Assembly: GCA_030390025.1 (NCBI GenBank)
Contig: CM059431.1
Location: 125,428,001-125,492,000, forward strand
Length of the DNA stretch: 64,000 nt
Source: Squalus acanthias
Lineage: Eukaryota
Reading direction: 5' to 3'
The notes beneath the pieces are model-generated. The model searched no databases. It had not been told where the DNA came from and saw only the letters and a program-made list of their open reading frames with translations. Position 1 is the stretch's first letter, and each line of letters begins with the position of its first letter. The position numbers and the translations under genes were made by a program. Positions 25,141 through 34,094 of the stretch are shown here, piece after piece.

Positions 25141-27492
25141 TTACACTGCGCTCTCATCGTGCACGCGCACGTAACGTTCTCGCCACTCTCCCGTGTTCTC
25201 ATGCTTGGTGAGGCGCTTGTCTCTTTTACAATGTATGAACAAAAGGTATACTACAATAAACACTTGACAGACGACTAAAATGTGGGAGGCTATTCTGACC
25301 CATGAGGGCACTTCAATATTCGTGAACAGATTCCACCACGGTGGAACCACTATGTCCAAAATGTCTGTACCTATCTCGACGGTTTTCTGTTCTAATGTAT
25401 AGAAATGCTTTTGTGACACCGCGACGGCTTTCAGAAGTTTGGTTAAATGCTCGGGGAGAGGGGGAATGAGGTACCCAAAATGTGCGACAAATCGCTGCAA
25501 GTCGGTAAAATTCTCTTTTACTGTGAGATGAACAGTGGATGGTTCAGGGATTGGGATAATTCGCTGTTGTGCTACTTGAACTTCAGCCCTGGGTTTAAAA
25601 CAGAAACTGCTGTCACTCACCGGACACCGGCTACGGTTTCCATGCTGGTAGTGTTGCGCTGCAGTGGTAACACAATATGTTCCACCCCCGATGTATGCTA
25701 CCTGCGGAGGCACATGATCTTGTGCCATTGCCTCCATGGTGCAATTCATGGACTTGGCGTCAGCCGTTCTGAACCCGCACTGTGGTGTTAAAAAGGCATT
25801 CAAGTGCTGGGGGCACAGTATTATGTGTGCTCCCCTGCCACGACAACCAGAGAGATCTGTACCTGTCATCGTTTGCTCCCAGCGGATGACGTAAGGTGGA
25901 ACCGCTGCATAACGAATGTGGGCTCCCCCCTGAATGACACCAATGTTCTCTACCCGATATACCGGGGCGGGCTTTGCTGTGTTGCCCAAAACCGGCATGC
26001 GTAATACTATTCCCATAATAGTATGGTTTGAACGTCCGCAGTCCACGGGGACTGGGTAAGCTTCTGAAGCTAGCCTGAGCTGGCACGGACTTAATGCATT
26101 CTGAAAAGGGTGGAGCGCCCGCAGGTGTTTGTTACTTATCCAGGACGGGACCAAACCTTGTTTTAAATCCTCCAAATTACTGCGGCCCTCGCCCAGTAAC
26201 CACGCCCCGTAAAGCACGCACACCTCGTTCTGCGCAGCTTGATCGGATGCATTCCGATCTTCCCTAATCAGGGCATTTACCGTACGCGCATGTTTCTCCA
26301 GCTCTGCTATAATCTCTTTTAAATGTAGTGTCATGGCTTGGTCCTCGTGCAGACCCGACCCTACCACTTTATTCTCATCTGTAAGAATATCCTTTAACTG
26401 TGTTTTTAAACCATTAATCTGGGTCTGCAGCTCCACACTGTCTAGAGCGTTGACCACAGATGTCCCTGTGTTAAAAGCAGTGAACGCATCGTTCACCAAA
26501 CCCCTTCTTTGCCTCCCTACTTGGTCCAAAACTTCCTGCGGTGCGGTGTATAAACTTGTCTTATCGATTTCTGCAAAATCAAACTCGTAAAATTGCCTGA
26601 ACATCTTGGTCAACAGGACCTGGTACAACTGTTCCGTCTTTTTGGGGCACCACTCTGGTAACCGTACCTCAGTGAGATTTAAAATCACCGAGGCCACCGC
26701 GTAATGTACCCCCTGAAATAGTATCTGGTCTGTGGGGACCAGTACCAAACCGTTCCCGGGTCCCTTACTAGTTTTAGGGCACCCTTCTTCCTCAGTTAGA
26801 ACTACCGGAATCGTGGGCGGGGCTTTGCGTGGGCGCGTAATGAGCTCAGTGGCATTTACTGGGATCGGAGAGTATGGGGCTCCGCACCCCCTGGTGCTCG
26901 CATCCCACCTCATCCCCTGTCCGTTATCCTGCCACTGGTTAATAAAGAATATGGAGATGCCTTTGGGGCAAACGTACTTTGACCCCCACATACAAACATA
27001 AATCCCCTCATCTGGTTCCCACCATTTGTCCCAACAGACTTTCACTTGTCCATCTGTCCCCGTAATTGTCCGATGGGTATTATTACCCAGTCGCTCCCAC
27101 TCAACCGAAGAGTTCCTCATAGTTTTGCTCAGCTTTCGCAGCCACCACCATCGGCTCAATGGGACATTCCCACTGCAGGTCAAACAAATCCGTTTGCCGA
27201 CGGTGACGCTGATCCTGGGTGCGATAATCCGTACTTTGGGGCACATTAAAGAAGTCTCTCTGTAGGCGAACCCCGATGTGCTGGAATACTCCGTTGAGTT
27301 CGTTCCCAGCCATCCTGGCCACCTTCCCTTGTGGAAGTAGGTGCTGGTCCCTTCTGCCTTCCGTCTTCCGGTCCCATCCACCGCGATGGGGGCCGTGTCC
27401 CCGGAACATCCAAACACCACGACATCCTTGGTGAGGCCCCGATAGGCCAATCCACATCCGATTGCCACGAGCAAAACTAGAAGTCGTTCCAT
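25141..27492 (-). CDS. env: Envelope glycoprotein, 783 aa, intact: signal peptide, Ig-like domain, F-like class I fusogen, TM
   Basis: Hydrophobic N-terminus, furin site RQRR/GLV (aa 327-330), heptad repeats, Cys-rich region, TM (ILVVCQVFIVVYLLFI), several NxS/T sequons. Candidate splice acceptor TCTATCTGATCACAG|G lies 13 nt upstream of the ATG. Confidence 0.9.
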   Translation of the reverse strand: MERLLVLLVAIGCGLAYRGLTKDVVVFGCSGDTAPIAVDGTGRRKAEGTSTYFHKGRWPGWLGTNSTEYSSTSGFAYRETSLMCPKVRIIAPRISVTVGKRICLTCSGNVPLSRWWWLRKLSKTMRNSSVEWERLGNNTHRTITGTDGQVKVCWDKWWEPDEGIYVCMWGSKYVCPKGISIFFINQWQDNGQGMRWDASTRGCGAPYSPIPVNATELITRPRKAPPTIPVVLTEEEGCPKTSKGPGNGLVLVPTDQILFQGVHYAVASVILNLTEVRLPEWCPKKTEQLYQVLLTKMFRQFYEFDFAEIDKTSLYTAPQEVLDQVGRQRRGLVNDAFTAFNTGTSVVNALDSVELQTQINGLKTQLKDILTDENKVVGSGLHEDQAMTLHLKEIIAELEKHARTVNALIREDRNASDQAAQNEVCVLYGAWLLGEGRSNLEDLKQGLVPSWISNKHLRALHPFQNALSPCQLRLASEAYPVPVDCGRSNHTIMGIVLRMPVLGNTAKPAPVYRVENIGVIQGGAHIRYAAVPPYVIRWEQTMTGTDLSGCRGRGAHIILCPQHLNAFLTPQCGFRTADAKSMNCTMEAMAQDHVPPQVAYIGGGTYCVTTAAQHYQHGNRSRCPVSDSSFCFKPRAEVQVAQQRIIPIPEPSTVHLTVKENFTDLQRFVAHFGYLIPPLPEHLTKLLKAVAVSQKHFYTLEQKTVEIGTDILDIVVPPWWNLFTNIEVPSWVRIASHILVVCQVFIVVYLLFIHCKRDKRLTKHENTGEWRERYVRVHDESAV

Positions 27493-27775
27493 CCTTCCTT
27501 GGTTCCTGTGATCAGATAGAATGAGGTAGCCAGCCTCGCAAAAAGTCTCTGGCTTTTGTGAAGGGTGAGCGGGTCCCCTGACCTCGCCTCACGTAAACTT
27601 CAACGTTTGCTAAATAGACTTCCTCTAAACCTAGCCTTAAAACTCCCATCATTTTATCGTTATCTGTTAAAACACTACAAACTTAACCTTCTTAAAACTA
27701 CTTAAAACTTTAAACTAAAACTTAAAACCTTAAACTAATAACTTTACAATGCCGCCCGTTCTCAGGGCGGCCCCT

Positions 27776-30700
27776 TTAAATCCTGAGAAGGCTGCTGCGA
27801 GCTCTTCCCGACGGTGGGAGGGCACTGACCCTTCCCTCTGATCTGCCGCAGCCTGTTGCTGCGCTGACCCTTTCCTCTGATCTGCCGCAGCCTGTTACTG
27901 CTTCGATGTGGCCTGTCTCTACCCGGGTTATCTTAACCTGAAACTTACGCCCTGGGGCAGCCTGTGGACCTGACCACGTCTTCCTGGGCTGGGGTACTCT
28001 GCTTGACCTACGGGGAATTGCTATGGGCGGGGGCTCCGTGACGGACGGACCGGGTCCCGAGACCTTCAACGGGATGACCTGGGGTTCCATCACAGGCGCC
28101 AGCCCCGCCTCCGCTGACTCCGCCTCCCTAACCTCGGGGCTGGCAGTTCGGGGCCCCGCCCTGCTCGGCCCAGCAGGCGGCCCTTCACTCGCGAACTCTG
28201 CCTCCCCTGAGGACTGGACGTTCAGAGCGGGCGGCCACACCTCTGGGAACCACATAGCGGCTGGCCCGGCCTCCTCTAGCTCCTTCCTCCTGCTGTCGGG
28301 ACCTGCAGCTTGTGTGTCCACCCCGTATGGATCTCTACCTAGCGGCCCCAATCCTTCCAGACCGTTCCTCTGAAACCACCCGTCATCATCACTATGCTCA
28401 TCTGCACTATCCTCATCTGACCAGGGTACCCTGGGGTCCTCGTCATCTAACCCCCAACTCCAGAAAAACGCTGCATGATCGTCCGGGATGTCCCTTCCCC
28501 TGATGCAAGCTGCTACGCCTGCCTGTGTGCCTTGTGGTCCTACCTGGGGCTGTGTTTTCCCATTGGCGGGATTTACCCCTGTAGTTTTCCCTTGCGCACC
28601 CGGCTGGTACAGTTTACATTGGTTTATGTGGAACCACTTAGTGCGCCGAGGTACTTTTACGGCGTAAACCATGGGACTCGCCTTGTCTACAATGTTGTAG
28701 GGTCCCATATACAGTGGTTCCAGACTCCCTACTCTGGCGTAGTTTCTGACCATGACCTGGTCTCCTACTTCCCACTCCCGCGTTTTGCGGGGTTCCAGCA
28801 ACAAGCGATTGCCCTGGTGCTGCCTTCCCATGTTCCCAGCCGCCTGCTCATAAACTTGCTTCAGGCGCTCCAAGAGAGTTTGGGCGAACTTGTCCCTGCT
28901 GATCTCTTGAAGCTGACCCTCAGTGAGCACCGGGGCTAGCACATGGGTGGGGGTTCGCATGAGCCTGCCGGTCATTACCTCGTGCGGGGAGTACCCCGTA
29001 CTTTTTGACTGACTGGCCCGGACCCCCATGAGGACTAAAGGCAGAACTTCCGCCCATTTTTGGGGCGAGTTCCTAGTCTCTTTCCTCAATTTCTCCTTCA
29101 GGGTCCGGTTCATACGTTCAACAATCCCGGATGACTTGGGATTGTGTGCTACGTGCCACTTCCCTTCAATGCCCAAAAGCATGAGGGTGTTCTGCATCAC
29201 CTGGCCGGTGAAATGACTCCCTTGGTCTGACTCCACGAAACGGGGGAGTCCCCACCGCGAGAACACTTCCCGGACCAAGATTTTTGCTGTACCCAGTGCC
29301 GTAGCTGTTCGACAAGGGAAGGCTTCCACCCACTTGGAAAACACATCCACCAGGACGAGGCAGTACTTATAACCTCCCTGGGTGGTGGGCAGGGGTCCTA
29401 TATAGTCGATCTGTATCGACTGCCATGGTCCCTCTACCCTTCTTACGTGTCCCATGGGCACCTTCCTTTTCTGGGGGTCTGGGTTGTTTGCAGCGCACAC
29501 AAGACAGTTTGCACAGAACTCGCGGACTTGTTCCCTGAGCCCTGGCCACCATCCCGCTTGCTCTACCCGTTGCCAGGTAACCTCGGGCCCGGGGTGCCCT
29601 GCCCCTGGTCCCTCGTGAGCCAACTGGAGGAATTCCCTCCTGTGCTGCTGCGGCACAACCCACTGCTCCTCGCGGAACAGCATGCCTTCCTTAACTGAGA
29701 GGGTTGCCGTACTGTACGGACCTTCTACCTGCCTCCCCTCAGCAATCGTTTTTAGGACTGCTTTTAGGGCGGGATCCTGGGCTTGGACGGTCTTAAGGTC
29801 TAGGGGCAATGCTACCCTGGTGTTCCCGGTATTCCCGTCCCCACCTCGGACCGCTGCTATGGGTCCGGTTCTATAGGGGTTCCAGAAAGTACCGTCGCGG
29901 GCACCCTCCCTGGCTAGCGCATCCGCCTGCCGGTTGCCCTCCCCACGGGGCTCTGTGGAGGAGTGAGCTTTCACCTTATGGATGAAAATCTCCCCTTCCT
30001 CCCCTACTGCTGCTGCTAAGATCTTCTCCAGCAAGGGCTTTACCGTTAAAGGTCGCCCGTCCGCGGAGGTGTATCCACGGCGGGACCAAATGGCCAGGTA
30101 TTCCGTACACGAATTGCAGGTGAACATACTGTCCGAGCAAATCGTGTATGGGGTTGGGAAAATGTCTGGGTGGGTTACCACGTACACCACGGCAGACAGC
30201 TCAGCCTGCTGCGCGCTCATGGTGCTAGGGAGCTTGATCGCCAGGGCAAGGTCTGCCGCAGGGTCATAAACTCCACACCCTGTGAGTCGCTCGCCAGCAG
30301 ATACTGTGCTAGACCCATCAACATAAATCTCGCGCCCAGTGGGATGTATCCCGGCCCGTAAACCTATGTTGACGTCCCACACCCCCTCCACCGAACACCG
30401 GTGGGCTGTACCGGGGTATACCAAATTGGCCGCAAGCCTGGGCTCGCAAAGACCTTTTACTCTGATGTCCAACTGGGAGAGAAGAAGGGTCCAACGCGCA
30501 ATGCGTGCGCTGCTTACGGTCCCGTCTTTAATCCTCCCATCCAGAAGCATCTTAGTTGGTGTGTGATGTGTGAGGAGAGTGATGGGAGAGAGCCCTGTGA
30601 AGATCGCTGATCTTTTCACAGCCCAATGCGTGGCTAAAAGGTGCCTTTCGCAATTGGAAAAACTTCTCTCCACATCCGTTAATACCCTGGATGAATAGAC

Positions 30701-32278
30701 AACCGGCCTCAGCTTGCCGTGACGCTCTTGGAGCAGCACGGCGCTTAAGCTGTCTCCGCTGGCAGCTACCTCCAGGAAAAACTCCTTCCCCCCATCTATG
30801 GCCCCTAAGGCTGGCGCGGTCTGCAGATCCCTTTTTAACTTCTCGAAGGCTGCTTGGCAGCCCTCGTCCCAAAGCCACTCTACTCCCTTATGGAGGAGTC
30901 GGAGGAGCGGTGCCGCTGTGGCCGCATAATCCTCGATAAAATCCCTGCAGTAACCGGTCAGTCCCAAGAAGGACCTCACACCCCTTACGTTGTTGGGAAT
31001 CGGTAATTCTTGCACCGACTCCCTCCTTGCTTTGTCTATGGCTCTTTCCCCAGCGCGTAGGGTCAGTCCCAGGAATTTTACTTCCTGCTGACCGATACGT
31101 GCTTTCTTTGGGTTTACTTTAAAACCCTTTCTCGCTAACAGCTCCAATAACTCGTCCAGCAGTGGTCCGTGCTCCTCCCTTGAGTCCGTAAATAGGAGCA
31201 AATCATCCACATACTGTACTATCTGATTGGGCTGACTAAACTCCTTTAAACTTCCTGCCATACACTGGTGAAAAATACTGGGGCTATTGTGGAAACCTTG
31301 TGGCAAGCAGTTCCACGTGTACTGTTGCCCTTTAAACGTAAAGGCAAACTTGTACTGGTCCTCTCGCCGCAGCGGGATGGACCAAAAACCGTTCGAGATA
31401 TCCAGCACCGTGAACGTGGTCGCGGACGCTGGGATGCTCCCTATTAGGTCAGCAACTGCTGCTACTGTGGGCGCGCAGGCGGGGATGTTACTGTTAAGGA
31501 CTCTGTAGTCCACCGTGGCTCTCCACGAATTATCCGGCTTCCTAACCGGCCATAATGGGGAGTTCACGTGTGTGGCTATCGGCCTCAACACGCCCTGCTG
31601 CACCAAGGAAGACATTGCTGCCTCCATATCGGGTTCTGCTTCTTTGGGGAAGTTATACTGCTTTTGGGGTCGGGTCATGGGGTCCCCATCTACGCTGACC
31701 TCAAACCCGACCACCCTCCCACAATCGTGCTTGTGGGTTGCAAACGCGTGCATATTATCTGTCACGTACGTTTGCATGTCCGTTGGGACATCTGCGACCA
31801 TAAGCCTGAGGTCGTAGCCTCCGGATGGCTGTACGGTACACAGGACCCCTGTTTCTTCCTCCCCTTGAATTACCATTACCTCGCCTTTTTCCCCTTTAGC
31901 CCCCCAGAGACAGTGATTTCTGAGGTCCACGAGGATCCCGTGTCCCGCTAGCAGATCGGACCCGAGAATACCTCTTCCACCCCCCTTTTGCCATGCCATC
32001 AGTATACACTTCCACTTAAGGCGAAGTGTCCCTAAACGAATGGATAGCGGGAGGGAAAACGTGCCAGCCTGTTCTTTCCCTGTGAACCCTGCTAGCGTGA
32101 ATGGGACCTTGGTAGATAGCGGCGAGTCAAAAGGGTCATCTGTATGGATTATGGTGCAAGAAGCTCCCGTGTCCAACAAATAACTGCCCTTTTGTTTCTC
32201 TACCTCCATCTCCACCACAGGTCACCTCCACGCATCATAGCTGAGCGGACACAGGTAGACGGGCTGTGCTGGTTCTAG
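27776..32278 (-). CDS. pol: Pol (PR-RT-degenerate RH-RNase H-IN plus long C-terminal tail), in frame with gag. One extra TGA at 32222-32224; open from 32218
   Basis: LLDTGAS; LPQGF, YVDDLL; IYVDGSS/SAQQAEL/CSDS/GNRQAD; HHCC zinc motif; IDYIG, ESDQG, VERMNRTLK; GPY. Confidence 0.93.
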
Positions 32279-34090
32279 TCATGGGGCACTATTAGACGGT
32301 CCTGCGGCACCTACGGGGCCGGTTGCGACCGCCACCTGTCCACGCGCATTCAAAACCATCTTGCGCATGACTCCTAACACTGCCTCGAGGTCTTCGGGAG
32401 AGGTGGGTGCCTTTGCTTCCTTAGCCGGGACAGGCGCCTGGGCTCGGACCGCGGGATTTTTATCCTTGGAATCCTTCCAAGGGTTCCTGCAGTGCTTGCG
32501 CCAGTGCCCTGTCTTCCCACACCCGTAACAGGCATTACTTGCCTGTGGGGCGCGATTACCCTCCTGATGCCACTCTCTTTGAGCCGGGGCTGCGGGTCGT
32601 ACCTCATGTACTCTTCCCTTAAAGGGACGTGTTGCCATACCCCTTATGTTACGGTAACCTAACGTGAGTCGATTCAAGACCGACTCTTCCGTAAGGTTGA
32701 GGTCATTGGGATCGAACCAGGCTTTTGCCTGCTCTCTAACGGCTGGTAAACTGTTGGCTATTATGCACCTAAGCCAATGAATTAAAGCGGCGCCTTCCAC
32801 ATCTTCGCGCTCGGGCGCACCTAGACAGCTGCGCTCATATACTGGCCACAGCCTGTCGGCAAAAACCTTCGGGGGTTCTCCCTCCATCTGCACTGTCTGT
32901 CCCACTCTAGCAAACGGACCTCCGTCGTTCGCTCCCACTACTTCTAGGACCTCATTTTTCAATTCCTCATAACTTTTATTACCCCTCTTGCTATCGCCTG
33001 AGAGACACTGAAGGACCGAGCTATCTAATGAGAACAGCAGCATTTTTGCTGTCTCCCCATCATCGCAGCCGTTGATGGCTGCGGCTTGCTCAACTTCCCT
33101 AAAATGTACGGAAGGGTCGTCTATCTCGGTCAGCTTCCTTACGTGGTTTATCATAGCCCTCAGCTGATGTGAACTGTGAGGCAACACCAGCTGTCCGAGG
33201 AGATCCCCCGGTTCTTCCCCACCGTTTCTGCTTGGGCCCCTTTTAATCCCCGTTACTGGATACAACGATCCCTTTTCTACCTCCTTTTCAACGGGCTCTT
33301 TTGTTTCTTCCGTTGCTTCCTCCCTAACCCAGGTTTCTGAATAGCTGGGTGGCGCGGAGGGCGCAGTGGCTACTACCTCTTCTGCTTTACTTGGTGGGGA
33401 ATTTCTAAATCTCTCATTTACTAGCGGCTGGCGTGCCGACGGATTAATAAGGCACACCATGCCGTTCGCATTATTCACGGCCTTTTTGAGGCTCTCTATC
33501 TCTTTTTCGCAGGCGCTATGGTCGGCTCCCTGAAACTTATCCTCAAGGGCCAACTTATACGCCGACCTAACCCCCATTAAGCTCTCTTCTTGAGTTCTTA
33601 TCTGGGCAGCTTGACGGTTACATCTTTCCTTCATCCTACTCTCGTTTAATTTTGCTTCAGTGATCTGGCACTCGAGATACTCTACCCTTGTTTTAAGGTA
33701 ACTGGAGACTTCCTGGCTTTCCTGGCGTAACTCATTTAAACTCTTAATGAGCGCCTCCCCTCCAGAAACCTTCTCCTCCATTTCCTCCTCTAACTGCTTG
33801 ATTCGAGCGGTTAGCGCTGTATTGGTCTGGTTTGAAATCTGAACCTGCCTTTTGTAGCACATAAGCCAGACTGCTTTCTCAACTGCCTTTTTATGCTCCT
33901 TACTATCCGTCCACCTTTCAGCTGCCTCTAGTGGGCTCTTATCCGCTAACAGTTCGCTTATCCACTTTTTCGTTAGATTAACCTTTCCAAATACGTAATC
34001 CGCTATCTTTTCCTGCATCACATTTCGTACAGTCATTCCAAAATCTAACACACTACCCTCTCGCTGCCAGTGTCCTGCCGCGGTCGCCAT
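32279..34090 (-). CDS. gag: Gag, 603 aa: coiled-coil N-terminal half, late motif, capsid-like region, one CCHC zinc knuckle
   Basis: CYGCGKTGHWRKHC knuckle, PSAPPSY motif, position between PBS and pol. Close paralog at 56635-58443. Confidence 0.9.
   Translation of the reverse strand: MATAAGHWQREGSVLDFGMTVRNVMQEKIADYVFGKVNLTKKWISELLADKSPLEAAERWTDSKEHKKAVEKAVWLMCYKRQVQISNQTNTALTARIKQLEEEMEEKVSGGEALIKSLNELRQESQEVSSYLKTRVEYLECQITEAKLNESRMKERCNRQAAQIRTQEESLMGVRSAYKLALEDKFQGADHSACEKEIESLKKAVNNANGMVCLINPSARQPLVNERFRNSPPSKAEEVVATAPSAPPSYSETWVREEATEETKEPVEKEVEKGSLYPVTGIKRGPSRNGGEEPGDLLGQLVLPHSSHQLRAMINHVRKLTEIDDPSVHFREVEQAAAINGCDDGETAKMLLFSLDSSVLQCLSGDSKRGNKSYEELKNEVLEVVGANDGGPFARVGQTVQMEGEPPKVFADRLWPVYERSCLGAPEREDVEGAALIHWLRCIIANSLPAVREQAKAWFDPNDLNLTEESVLNRLTLGYRNIRGMATRPFKGRVHEVRPAAPAQREWHQEGNRAPQASNACYGCGKTGHWRKHCRNPWKDSKDKNPAVRAQAPVPAKEAKAPTSPEDLEAVLGVMRKMVLNARGQVAVATGPVGAAGPSNSAP
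34072..34089 (-). other. Primer-binding site, tRNA-Arg(TCG)
   Basis: TGGCGACCGCGGCAGGAC is complementary to the 3' 18 nt of vertebrate tRNA-Arg-TCG (…GTCCTGCCGCGGTCG-CCA, recalled from memory). It starts 5 nt after the LTR end. Confidence 0.85.
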
Positions 34091-34094
34091 TTTC

